64,000 nt of DNA from Chrysomallon squamiferum (GCA_012295275.1 CM022666.1:11346001-11410000), one strand, 5' to 3'; shown: positions 26,229-38,200, counted from the stretch's first letter. Made by a program: numbers and translations. The notes: a model not told the origin generated them from the sequence alone.

Positions 26229-29200
26229 ATGGCGTATTCAGGGTCAGGTCATGGAAATGACGACACTGCAGTGTCAAATATTCAACCTGAAAGACATTTT
26301 TCAACTGAGTACAACACCACGGAGACACCGCCTACCATGAGGGGATGTTTTTATGGCAGTTCGGAAATCGAACGCTGGGATTCCAGATGTTTATCAGCTG
26401 ATACAAATGATCCAGACCAACTGTCAGAATGTGAATTAGGTGACGATGTAAAGGTCAAAACCTGTTCAGCCTTTGTCACAAAATCAAAAATGGAAATACC
26501 TAAGCGTATAACCAACTCCACTACTTCAGCCTCAGTGAAAAAGGTTTATCCACATTCAAGCAATATTGCTAATATTATGAATATATGTAGCAGTGCTACC
26601 TCGGTGAAAAACTATTTGCTGCATGGAAATTCATTTGATATTGATTCATCAACACCTCTTCCAGAACAATATTCACAAAAATCTGCAGCTGCTTGTTCGA
26701 TATCACCAAACAGTATGGCCAGTATGCAGAAATCATTTAGGAAACATCGTAATTATTTTGTCGATAATGAAAAATCCTTTTTTACGGAGCAGTTTGATGA
26801 CCATTGCAACAATGAGTCAACTTTCGAAGGATGTCACAATGCAGATTTTGTTAAATATTCTAACTCTTTTACAGAATCCAGGTTTCCTTATTGGAAGTTG
26901 AACATCACGAAGGTTAATATCAATGACAGCACTGTCGAATATGAAACGCCAATACAAGGAAGCTGTAACACGGAAACCTTTACGGAATGTCAGAATTCCT
27001 CCTCAGATGGAACTCCTGCTAGTAATTTCACTGACTGTGAACCTTCACAGTTTGATAATGAAGAAAACTTTAGAGATTGTTTAGTTTCACCTTCCAATAT
27101 GATTAGTAACTTCACTGAATCATCAAGTAATACCAACATGTTGGATCATTTTACTGACTGCGAATACTCACCAACCGACATCAGAGATACTTCATCGATA
27201 ACAGTCAGTACCTCTGAGCAACAAATGAATACAGAAAACTTTGTATCTTGCAGATCTCCATCGCCTTCTAATAATTTTCGTACTGAATACTTTGTTTCTT
27301 GCAGATCTCCATCACCAACTGAAAAAAAGTATCTCAGTGTTGAAACATTTGCTTCCTGCCAGTCACAATCATCTTCTGCTAATTCTTGGAGCCATTTAAG
27401 TGATGATAACTTCCTTGCTCACAAAATACCATCTGCTAGTAATGGTGATGCCAGTTTCATTTCATCAGTAAATAACACTCCAGGAACTTTCACAGATTGC
27501 GACAGTTTATCCTGCTACGGGGATACAGATGAGATTGGCAAAACATCAACTCAAAAATCAATGATTAGTGCTGATACCTTTGAACATGTTGTACAGACAA
27601 CTCCATCATTTTTGAAAATGAAAGATGAAATTCTTACTGATAGTGATATTTCAGTACCAGCGTCTACAAGTTCACCAGTCGATTCTTATGCCAATGACAA
27701 TGATGATACCACCAGAACATCCTCGTGTGAAAGCAGTGTTTATAACAACCGAGAAATAAGTAATGAAAACATTAAATATAATTATTTTGATTTTAATGAA
27801 CCATTGTCTTCAAACTACATTAGTGGAAGCCACACCTCAGACTGTGATAATAGTGATATGTATCCGACACTTAAGGTAAACGAAAGTTCCGAAAATACCA
27901 CCATAAAGGTAGATAATGTCCACGAAAACAAACCATTACGATCACCGTATGTTGCAACAAGTAATACGATGGAAGATCCCATTAATTACACGGAGGATGA
28001 AAAGAACAAAAAAGGAGATTATTTGAATATTGTATCGTCTAATCTAGATCGAATGAGAAAAATGATATCGGCTGAAAAACATCTTAACATTCCATCAACT
28101 GATAAACATAATTCGGATTCAGAGCCTACAGAAGACGAGGCAGACAATAAATCTACTGATTGTTTTCCTCAGGAAAATACTGATGTATGTCAGAAGTGTG
28201 TCGTTTTAAATACGTTTCGCCCGAAACAAGAAGACCAAAAACTAACAGCAATTTCTGATAGCTGTAAAGAACGAAAAGATGCAAAATATCCGACAGATGA
28301 TTCAAAAGTGAATAAATCAAAAACATCTGTTCGTTTAGCACGCTTTGAGAACCGAATTGCTCATTTCGGCAGAAATAATGTGGAGCCAGTCGCAAATGAA
28401 AATATATCACTTGATGGTATGCAAGAGCAAAGTAATGAAAATATGAATGATATACCAGAGAGGAAACCTTGTGACCTTATGATTGAAGGCACTCAATCCG
28501 CATTAAGAGAATCAGAAATTATAACCTTACCCGATTTATCTGTCAATGTTGGCGACTATAAAGTAGTTGATAGCAAAGGTACTTTGATAAAAGAATCAAA
28601 TGATATCTCGATAAATTTCTCACAAACCAAACTAAATCATTTATCAAAAAAATTTATTACACCTAATAATTCAAGTATCGTTGATAAGACCATGTGTTTT
28701 CGCCTTCATTGTGAAGGGAAATTTAACTCTAAACAAAACTTAAACAAAAATGACAATGTAGATGAATATCAAGAAACCAATCTCAATACTTCGGCTGGCG
28801 AAAGCGCTCCGAGGAAACATACAATAAGTTTAGAGGATAAAAACTCAAATGGCATAACATTTGGAATCGCTGCTAGTGAAAGTGGTACACAGGCAGAACA
28901 GCCTGATGCACAGTTATCATTCATGTCATGTACGTCTAATTATACACCAGTTCCATCTTCAAACACACTGGTGCCTTTTACATCTTGTTCGAGTCTAACA
29001 AAAATTAACACTAAATCTGACTGTGTTAAAATAGGCTTTCCTAGTGCTCCATTAGTGCTTGATATTAAAATGCAACATAAAGATATTCCTTCTATAGAGA
29101 AAGAAGATGATTGTAGTCCGCAGGTAGTAATTGAAATTGCAGTTGACAGACAGAAGTTAGAAAATGAACGAGCAGAAGAACAACCAAAGGCTATAGAAAA

Positions 29201-32200
29201 TTATCCATGTGAAACTCCTAAAGTTGATGATGATGGTGTAGCAGAATATGCAGATTTAGAAAAAATGTCCACCACTTCGGTAGACAGACATTCAGCTATT
29301 GCTGTAGATAGAATTTCAATCACTACTGTAGATAAATGTTCAAAGACTACTGTGGATAGACTTTCAACAATTAGTGGCGATGGTGAATTAAAAAGGCGTT
29401 CAAGAACTTCTTTCAAAGAAAATTGTTTTCCAGGTGATATGGTTCAATATTCAAGCACATGTTGTGATAAGCCCTCCCGTCCAACATGTGTTTTTGATGG
29501 TGATGACAAATTGGAAATCCATTCGGATTCAGAAGAAAGGACTGAAAGTTACGTAAGTTATGATGCAGGGCGAGCGATAAAACAATCATTCAAACTGAAA
29601 AACGTCTGTCAAGATGTCAGTCATATGACCTCGGAAAAAATAAATCACTCAAACGATAGTTATCAAGACTTTAGTCAGTTGAACTCTGATGAAACAAAGC
29701 AGTTTAGCTGTAATAGTCAAGATACTAGCTCTTCAGACAGGAAGGAATTTTCTTTTAATAGCCCTTTGAATTCTCAAGAAGCCGACCGGTTCGAGACCCA
29801 GGCCTCTGATGAAATACCTTACACGGAGACGGAAGATAACCCTATGAGCGGAAGGGAGACATTTTCTGCCTGGTCTGAAGAACAAACGATTACTGATCCG
29901 AGCAGCCGAATTTCAGCAGTCAAAAAGTGTGAAAGTTCTGATCAAGAGTTTCTTGACGAAGTTGTGAATACAACATATAATACTGATGAAACTGACGATG
30001 TCGGTTTTGCCAAAACTGAATCGAAGTCTCAGCAATCACTAGAGTCTGCAAGTGTTTCTAAATATTCATTTCGGGCAGAGGAAGAACCCTCTGTGACATC
30101 AAAGCCAAATTTAGTGCTAAACAATTCACCTAAAGAAGATAATATACGGGATATTAAACCGAAACCTGCGGAATCTTCACAGAACGTAGGTTGTTTCACG
30201 GCTTGTTTTGGCCCACTTTCTAAAACACAGAATAAAAAGGAAGAGGAAGCACAAAATCTGTACGTGAAAGAACAAGAAGATTCACTTAATTCAGAAAGTA
30301 CCGATAACCAATATCAAAATGAACTTGACACTGTTGAGGAAAGATCTCAGGAAGGTTCTATTTTGCCATCACCAACTCCTATAAACAGTTTTAAAAGAAA
30401 AACTTCTGCATTGAAAGACAGTAGTACAGAGGGAACTATCGCAGAAGAAAGGTCTGGATTAAGATCAGAAGGAGGAACAAATGATGACAGTACAACAGGA
30501 AGTATTATAGAAAAAAGTTCTAGATCCAGATCAGAAAGAGGATCATTTGATAGTACAAAAGAGGGAACAGAGAAAGGGTCTCTATCAACCTCTGAAAGAG
30601 AGTCATTTGAAGTTAGCACAAAGGGAAGTACGACCAAAAAAAGTTCTAGATCAAGATCAGGAAGATCATTTGATGGTAGTACAAAGGGTAGTACGAAAGA
30701 AAAACGTTCTCGATCTAGATTAGAAGGAGGGTTTGAAAGCAATGATACAGAGACAAATTTGATTGGTAAAAGTTCTTGGCCAGTAACAGAAGGAAAACTA
30801 TTTGATGACGGTTCAAAAGGCAGTTTTGAAGATTATAAGCCAAAGCCAGAGCAAAAAGTGGTAAGCGATACTCCAATATCAATGAACTCTAGGATCATTA
30901 AAAACGAAGGAATGCTTTATGACGGTATAGAGGGAATGTCTGTAGCAAAAGGTATTAAATCTGGGACAGACAGAAGCAGCATTTCTCGGGAAGACGTTCA
31001 ATCAGTTCAAAATCTCATGAGACAGATGTCGCATGATTTCAAGCGCATGTCAGTAGACGCTGGAACCGAAAGTCCCCTAGCAGAAAATATTAAATCTTGG
31101 TCAGCTGTTACTCATGAAGACGTCCAGTCTGTTCAAAGAATCATGAGGCAAGGTTCTTTCGATGAAGACGAAGAAGCAGGTTGTGAAACGCCAAAACGTA
31201 AAACAAGTTCAGTGATAAGGAATATTTCAAAATTATTTTCTTCCACCTCATTAAATGACTACAGAACTGTAGAAGAAGAAATATATCCTAAAGAAGTACT
31301 GAAACAAATACGAAATCTTCAATATTCTATGTATACATTACAGATACCGAATGCATTACAACAGCCGGTGTCAGTATATGATAATAAAGAAAACAATCGA
31401 GATGATGAGAATGATGATGACTACAACGATTACCAGGATGAGAGACATTCAGCGTTTCCAAGTTGGCATGCATCTGCTACCTCACTAGTTGAAAGCAATC
31501 GTAACTTTTCACACTCTAGTAACTATGGCAGATGCAGAAACCAGTTAATGGAAACTATTGAAAATACATTAAGAGAAGCAGTAAAGAACCTCGAGCCATG
31601 TGTGAGCAACTGTGTACTTAGAATTCTTAAAAAGACCATCAATTGTGCTATTTGTGAAATAAGCAGTCAAGTAGACTGTCTCCCTGATACTAATTTGTTT
31701 CCAGACACAAATAAGCCATACATGTGTGACAGGATATATAAATCAAAGTACATGCCTAAAGATTCGGATTTTTATAGTTCGGATATATTAGGATTTCAAC
31801 CGCAAAAGGAGTTTCAAACGGAGGAGACTACGATATATATCCCTCATGAATCTAATAGGCAAATTTACAATCATTCGTGTTTGCTTAAGCAGACAGCCAA
31901 AAAAATTTCTACTTGGGCTGTGGAAACATCCCATCGGGAAATGCAGTATATTCTTGATAAGGAACATGGAGAGGATAGTTTACTAGACATCACAGTAATA
32001 ACAAAAGACAGACTTGCCAAGGAAGTTGTGACTTCACCAAATTCCGAAGTCGATTCTGTATATGCAGATCCTTCTTACATGAGACATGCTCATAGAGTGC
32101 TCATAAATACAGAAGATCAAGAATCAGAATGTCATAAACTTGCAAATTTATTCCTTGATGAAGTTGTAAACCAAATTAACTCTAAAACTGATGGTAAAAT

Positions 32201-33155
32201 GTTGGGATCTATTACTAAATGTTCTGGTGGTTTTGAAAGTGTTATTGCAGCACATGCCATATGGCTTGTGGAGGAAATCATGGAAAAAGCCGAATCTGAA
32301 ATGAAAAATAAGCTATGCAATATGGAACACGATGATATGTGTGACGAAGGTTTAACTGAAGTTTACGGATGTTTATTTTCTATTCAGTCGATTGAAATGC
32401 TGAAAACAGCTGTAGATAATGCAATGGAGGAAATCGAATGTGAAGTTATTAATAATGGTGGTCATGGAGTTTTGTGGCCCCTGGATATAAAATCAACATA
32501 TACCTCACCTTCTGGTCACATAATCTGCACCTCATTAGCCGACAGATCCGCCGATTCTGTTCATAGATCTGTACAAGACATTACTATTGCCGTTAAAAAT
32601 GCACAAAGACAATCCGGAGATAACGACAAACGAAAACGATGGATTAAATATAAAAGGGATGGTGATACGGAATACCTTCAAGACTGGATTACACAAGGAG
32701 AAAAAGATACAACGCCTTTGTCTAAAGATGAAAACTTTAACAGAGCAACCCTAGATTTAACAACAACAGGCAGTTCAGAAGCTGAAAAAATATTCGAAAA
32801 ATATTTGAATTCGGCTTTAACTGATCATGCATCTATGGTGGCCAAGAAAGCTTTGATTTCTGCATTGCTTCTAGCAAACCTAGAAAAAAAACTACATTTT
32901 GGACTTTTGGTTCTTAAAATAGAGTACGCTCTCAATCTAAAAATCAGTGAACATAAACTAGATGTTAAAAATATGTCTAAGCAAACCAGAAAAATGATAA
33001 AGGAGTTTGTGCATGATAAAAACACTAACAAAGATCAAATTGTTAGTGTCAAAGGAGAAACTATAAAGGGATTCGATGTGAAGGTAAACTTAGAAAATCG
33101 AGACTTAGGTGTGTTTGCACCTAGAATGGATTTCGCAGTTGGTACTGTACCATAG
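26229..33155 (+). CDS. Uncharacterised giant single-exon protein A, 2308 aa: Ser/Thr/Asp/Glu-rich low-complexity N-terminal ~1750 aa with internal repeats, plus a helical C-terminal domain homologous to the N-terminus of protein B
   Basis: 6.9 kb stop-free frame in very AT-rich DNA. Acceptor at 26220, then AAAAGCATGG (ATG 26229). AATAAA at 33348. No signal peptide or recognisable family motif. Confidence 0.88.
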   Translation: MAYSGSGHGNDDTAVSNIQPERHFSTEYNTTETPPTMRGCFYGSSEIERWDSRCLSADTNDPDQLSECELGDDVKVKTCSAFVTKSKMEIPKRITNSTTSASVKKVYPHSSNIANIMNICSSATSVKNYLLHGNSFDIDSSTPLPEQYSQKSAAACSISPNSMASMQKSFRKHRNYFVDNEKSFFTEQFDDHCNNESTFEGCHNADFVKYSNSFTESRFPYWKLNITKVNINDSTVEYETPIQGSCNTETFTECQNSSSDGTPASNFTDCEPSQFDNEENFRDCLVSPSNMISNFTESSSNTNMLDHFTDCEYSPTDIRDTSSITVSTSEQQMNTENFVSCRSPSPSNNFRTEYFVSCRSPSPTEKKYLSVETFASCQSQSSSANSWSHLSDDNFLAHKIPSASNGDASFISSVNNTPGTFTDCDSLSCYGDTDEIGKTSTQKSMISADTFEHVVQTTPSFLKMKDEILTDSDISVPASTSSPVDSYANDNDDTTRTSSCESSVYNNREISNENIKYNYFDFNEPLSSNYISGSHTSDCDNSDMYPTLKVNESSENTTIKVDNVHENKPLRSPYVATSNTMEDPINYTEDEKNKKGDYLNIVSSNLDRMRKMISAEKHLNIPSTDKHNSDSEPTEDEADNKSTDCFPQENTDVCQKCVVLNTFRPKQEDQKLTAISDSCKERKDAKYPTDDSKVNKSKTSVRLARFENRIAHFGRNNVEPVANENISLDGMQEQSNENMNDIPERKPCDLMIEGTQSALRESEIITLPDLSVNVGDYKVVDSKGTLIKESNDISINFSQTKLNHLSKKFITPNNSSIVDKTMCFRLHCEGKFNSKQNLNKNDNVDEYQETNLNTSAGESAPRKHTISLEDKNSNGITFGIAASESGTQAEQPDAQLSFMSCTSNYTPVPSSNTLVPFTSCSSLTKINTKSDCVKIGFPSAPLVLDIKMQHKDIPSIEKEDDCSPQVVIEIAVDRQKLENERAEEQPKAIENYPCETPKVDDDGVAEYADLEKMSTTSVDRHSAIAVDRISITTVDKCSKTTVDRLSTISGDGELKRRSRTSFKENCFPGDMVQYSSTCCDKPSRPTCVFDGDDKLEIHSDSEERTESYVSYDAGRAIKQSFKLKNVCQDVSHMTSEKINHSNDSYQDFSQLNSDETKQFSCNSQDTSSSDRKEFSFNSPLNSQEADRFETQASDEIPYTETEDNPMSGRETFSAWSEEQTITDPSSRISAVKKCESSDQEFLDEVVNTTYNTDETDDVGFAKTESKSQQSLESASVSKYSFRAEEEPSVTSKPNLVLNNSPKEDNIRDIKPKPAESSQNVGCFTACFGPLSKTQNKKEEEAQNLYVKEQEDSLNSESTDNQYQNELDTVEERSQEGSILPSPTPINSFKRKTSALKDSSTEGTIAEERSGLRSEGGTNDDSTTGSIIEKSSRSRSERGSFDSTKEGTEKGSLSTSERESFEVSTKGSTTKKSSRSRSGRSFDGSTKGSTKEKRSRSRLEGGFESNDTETNLIGKSSWPVTEGKLFDDGSKGSFEDYKPKPEQKVVSDTPISMNSRIIKNEGMLYDGIEGMSVAKGIKSGTDRSSISREDVQSVQNLMRQMSHDFKRMSVDAGTESPLAENIKSWSAVTHEDVQSVQRIMRQGSFDEDEEAGCETPKRKTSSVIRNISKLFSSTSLNDYRTVEEEIYPKEVLKQIRNLQYSMYTLQIPNALQQPVSVYDNKENNRDDENDDDYNDYQDERHSAFPSWHASATSLVESNRNFSHSSNYGRCRNQLMETIENTLREAVKNLEPCVSNCVLRILKKTINCAICEISSQVDCLPDTNLFPDTNKPYMCDRIYKSKYMPKDSDFYSSDILGFQPQKEFQTEETTIYIPHESNRQIYNHSCLLKQTAKKISTWAVETSHREMQYILDKEHGEDSLLDITVITKDRLAKEVVTSPNSEVDSVYADPSYMRHAHRVLINTEDQESECHKLANLFLDEVVNQINSKTDGKMLGSITKCSGGFESVIAAHAIWLVEEIMEKAESEMKNKLCNMEHDDMCDEGLTEVYGCLFSIQSIEMLKTAVDNAMEEIECEVINNGGHGVLWPLDIKSTYTSPSGHIICTSLADRSADSVHRSVQDITIAVKNAQRQSGDNDKRKRWIKYKRDGDTEYLQDWITQGEKDTTPLSKDENFNRATLDLTTTGSSEAEKIFEKYLNSALTDHASMVAKKALISALLLANLEKKLHFGLLVLKIEYALNLKISEHKLDVKNMSKQTRKMIKEFVHDKNTNKDQIVSVKGETIKGFDVKVNLENRDLGVFAPRMDFAVGTVP

Positions 33156-35251
33156 ATGGGAAGTAAATTGATTACATCCAGTAGAACGTTTACTATAATA
33201 AGTAAATCTCTTTTGTTTAAAATAATAGAAAGCTATGTAAAGTTTATGTATGTATGTATTTATTTATTTATTTTTACCGACTTCTTTTATTTATTATTAT
33301 TATTATTATTTTAGCCTCCACGTTTGACTTTATTTTCCGAATGAATGAATAAAAACTTTATAATGCGAATAATATATATATAAAATAACAAATATCTACA
33401 TTGTATCTAATCTCTCTCTTTCTTCTTCTTCTTCTTCTTCTTGTTGTCGTTGTTGTTTGTATATTATTGGAATGATTGCAGATCAGTATGGTAGTTCATC
33501 AGATACTATTTTAATATTTTAATGCGTACTGATCTTTCACTGGAAGGTCATATATATATAAATCTGTTACAGCATAATTCCGAAGACAACACTGTCAAAA
33601 TTAATTAAAACGTCCATAAATAATAATAATAATAATAATAAAAAATTGGTATAATAATAATAATTTTTAAAAAATAAATAAATAAAATAATAAAAGGTTG
33701 TACTAACATAACTGTTTTAAAAAATCGTGTTATATTTTTGTGTGTAAGAATTTAATCTAGTTTCATGGTTCACGTGCGACGCAAAAAGAAAAACACACAC
33801 AAAAAAAGTTACTTATCATGTTTTGTTTTTAATGTCAAATAATTTTAGATATAATTTACGTCTTTTAAATTTTATTTATTATTTTTTGTATTTTTATTCT
33901 TTAATTTGTTATATATTGATATATACATATGCACATACATACATATATATATGTATATGCGTGTGTATACATACATAAATACATATACATATAAATATAC
34001 ACACACATACACACATTATATACGTGTATTTATTTATTTCAAAGATAATTTTAAAAATATTTTTTTAAAACAAAACGTTAAAAAAAATGACGCTTTGTTA
34101 ATATATGAACTATAAATAAATAATATATTATATAAAACTGACTCTTTGTTTCTTTAACTTTTATCTTATTTCGAATTTTTTTTAATGTCTCAGTTAATTG
34201 ATTTAATTTGTGTGCTTTAGGGACGGAACATGTTAATGTTAAAATTGCCTTATATATTGCCGTTATTTGTATATTGAACCCTGCTACTATGAAAAAAACA
34301 AAACAAAAAAAAACCCGGAAAAAAACAACTTCGAATTATGACGAATATAAACTTGCATAATGCACACATAAATCTGTAAGTAATTTGAAAAACTAAAAAC
34401 AAAGCGAATCGGGAAAGAGCAACTTTTATTACAAGTATTTAAATTATTAATAAATTAATTTAAATATTCATTTTGTAACGACACGAATTTCCGAATAATT
34501 AGACGACCGGAAGAGGAAAGTTCGAGACTCACGCTCACTACATCGATTGCAGTCTTAATAGAAATAATTTGTCATACGATCCATGGTACAAATTGTTTAG
34601 AGTTCTAAATAATAGTTGACAACATTTTTCATTAATAAATCTACAATATGTCCTAGAACTATTTCCTCTTTTAGTTTATAACTGCTTGTATATTTTTTAT
34701 ATTGTTTCTGACGTCATCAAATTGAAATCATGAATGAAACACAGTCTCAACATCATTACAAACAGTACATTGGAATTTAATAATCATTTTCAGTTTCATG
34801 ATAGATTAATTCATATCATTTAACATAGACAGTTTTTAGCAGTGTATTTGAGCGACTGAATGTCTGTACAGGCCAGAGTGATTTCTTTTTACCAAAACAA
34901 TTGTATTTGTCGTTTTGCGGTTACGATCAAAAATAGGAGGGACATCATATTAACGATTCCATTATTTACACAGTAACACTGTAAGTGTAATGATAAAATA
35001 AATTGCTTATGCTGTAGGATATTAATGCATTGTAAATGCTATTTTTTATTTGTAATTTGAAAAATCTGTGTAATTTATACCGTAACTGTATTGACAACTC
35101 TTTTAATATGTAAACTTACATTGCTTTTGAGAATTTCAGCAAACTAATGACTGTCAAACAATTAACTCAGATGGAAGAAATTAGAAGGCATCTAAACTTA
35201 CCGAAATGTATTTAACTGAACTGTCAACGGCATTTATTTAAAATAGCAGAT

Positions 35252-38200
35252 ATGCAAAACAAAACAAAGAGACATCAACTTGAACATAGATATAATTATA
35301 TTCTTGATAAAACTGCAAAAGATTTAATTTCTTATGCCTTGAACACGGCAAAAATACAGTTAGAAGAGGAAGATGGTTTTAGTTATTTTGCTAATGCAGA
35401 TGAATATATACATATATCACCAGGTATCAATATTATAAGTAAACCAGCAAGTAATATTGTAACTGAATCAGACAAGCTCAGTAAAACTGAAAACATTAGT
35501 TGTATTTCAGTTGATAGAAAATTATATTTGGAATCATTTTCATCACAATTCGTTAAGATCGTGGAAGCAGCAAAATCACTTGCACGATGGTCTGTAAACA
35601 ACTGCAAAAAAGAGTTTAAATTTATTCTGACAAAAGGGAAGGATAATAATAAATTTAAAGAGATTGCATTGGATACGAAAAAAAGGCTTCAGCGAGAACA
35701 CATAACACAAAAACAATATTCGTATTTCGACAAAATAGTTAATAAAAAAAGGAAACTCGAGTGCGATGGAAATAATCCTGAATGTGAAAAACTAATAGAA
35801 GCAATAACTACTATTATTTTAAATGAACTGCATTACGTATTCGATACAGTCAGCGGTAACTTTGAGAATTTTGTTGTTGCAAAAGCACTATGGCTGGCAG
35901 AAAAAGTGATGCACAAAGCAGTTCTTGAAATACGTAACAATATTAATTGCATGCGAACCGAAATTGCCAATGGTCAGTCAGCTTATACAGTGACTAACAA
36001 AATTGCAGACATTGTAAAAACCTCTATCAAAAATAGTATGAAAGACATTGATATTGTAAATTCTGGGTCAGATTTTCGAGAATTTATCACACAAAAGGCA
36101 CCTGTAAGTGAATATTCTTTTACGGATGAAGAAAGTCACGCTATTTGCGACTCAGTAAACAATATTACATCTTTGAGAAAAGGAATGCATAATACCAATA
36201 CGATTCTAAAATATTCTGAAATGACCAGAGATGTTCAGAATAACAAAAATCGTCATAAAGATATCTACAGAAATGAAAATAAGTATAGTACTGGTGAAAT
36301 TCGTGAAGAAAAATTACCTCGTTTTTGGCAGACTAGAGTCAAAATGGATACATATTTCGAAGATATACCAAAATTCAATATGTTTAAAAGCAGAAACAAT
36401 CAATCTGGAAATATTCGCAGAGAACAGTTAACTCATTCAGTTGAACAAGATCAACATGACACATACACTGAAGATAAAACACACAGAAATTGTGAAGAAC
36501 AGTTGTTTTATTGTTTTGAAGAAGATCAGTTAAAAAATTATGAAGAAGATGGAACTGTTCATATTCGTAAAGAACATTTGCCTTATTGTGCTGAAATGGA
36601 TAAGTATAAAATATATATAAAATACAAAACTGGAGACATTACTGAACAGCGGCCACGTTATTACATTGTACGAAATCTATCCGGAACATGTACGAAAGAT
36701 GAAACTAAAGGAATTTGTAATGCATGTTTTTTACCATATTGTGTTGAACGAGATCAGTGTGAAATACACTTTGAAGATCAAATACCTTATAATGAAAAAG
36801 AGGACAAATATAAGTACCAAAACAAATACAGTGAGAAAACTGATGGTATTCGTGAAGAACCTTTGTCATTTGTTACTGAAAGAGGTCGGTATGGAGCAGA
36901 AAGGGACACTAAAACTGTTGTTATTCATGAAAAATCATTACCCTTTGGTGCTGAAGAAAATCTATATGGAAGAGATACTCCAAATAGTCAAGATATGTAT
37001 AAAATAGAATTCAATTACCAAACTGGTGGTTTTCATGAAGAGTCAATACCTTTTTATATTGAAAGGAATCGATATGAAGGAGATACTAAAGATAATTTCC
37101 AAAGGAAATCTAGACTTGAAACTGGTGGCATTCTCGACGATCCTTTACCTTTTTGTATTGAAGGAGATCAATACGAAAGACGAGATACCATTAACAGTAA
37201 ATTCAACACCGAAACTGGAGGTATTCGTGAAAAACCTTTACATTATGAACTAGATCGACATGGAAAAGTTAATGAAAATAAGTTTAGAAGAAGATACAAG
37301 TTCGAAACTGATGATATTTGTGAAAAATCTTTACCTTATTCTATTGAAAAAGATCGACAAGGAAGAAAAAATGAAAATAAGTTTAAAAAGAGATACAAGT
37401 TCGAAACTGGAGGTATTCGTGAAGAACCATTACCTTATTGTATTGAACGAGATCGACATCGAAAAGAAAATGAAAATAAGTTTAAAAAGAGATACCAGTT
37501 TGAAACTGGTGGTATTCGTGAAGAACCTTTACCTTATTGTATTGAACGAGAACAAAGCGAAAGACAAGATATAATTAACAGGAAATACAACACCGAAACT
37601 GGAGGTATTCGTGAAGAACCTTTACCTTATTGTATTGAACGATATCGACATCGAAGAGAAAATGAAAATAAGTTTAAAAAGAGATACAAGTTTGAAACTG
37701 GAGGTATTCGTGAAGAACCTTTACCTTATTGTATTGAACGAGATCGACATCGAAGAGAAAATGAAGATAAGTTTAAAAAGAGATACAAGTTTGAAACTGG
37801 TGATGTTATGGAAGAGCCGTTACCTTATTGTTTCGAACGAGAACGAAGAGAAAGACAAGATATAATTAACAGGAAATACAACACCGAAACTGGAGGTATT
37901 CGTGAAGAACCATTACCTTATTGTATTGAACGAGATCGACATCGAAGAGAAAATGAAAATAAGTTTAAAAAGAGATACAAGTTTGAAATTGGAGGTATTC
38001 GTGAAGAACCTTTACCTTATTGTATTGAACGTGATCGAAATCGAAGAGAAAACGAAAATAAGTTTAAAAAGAGATACAAGTCTGAAATTGGAGGTATTCG
38101 TGAAGAACCTTTACCTTGTTGTTTTAAACGAGACCGAAGCGAAAGACAAGATATAATTAACAGGAAATACAACACCGAAACTGGAGGTATTCGTGAAGAA

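Noticed and set aside
33083-35140. Splicing of giant ORFs A and B into one protein
   Set aside because: Donor-like sites near the end of A are phase 0 or 1 while the 35139 acceptor needs phase 2; an in-frame TAA at 35213 intervenes; A has its own stop and AATAAA. Not fully excluded without RNA data.
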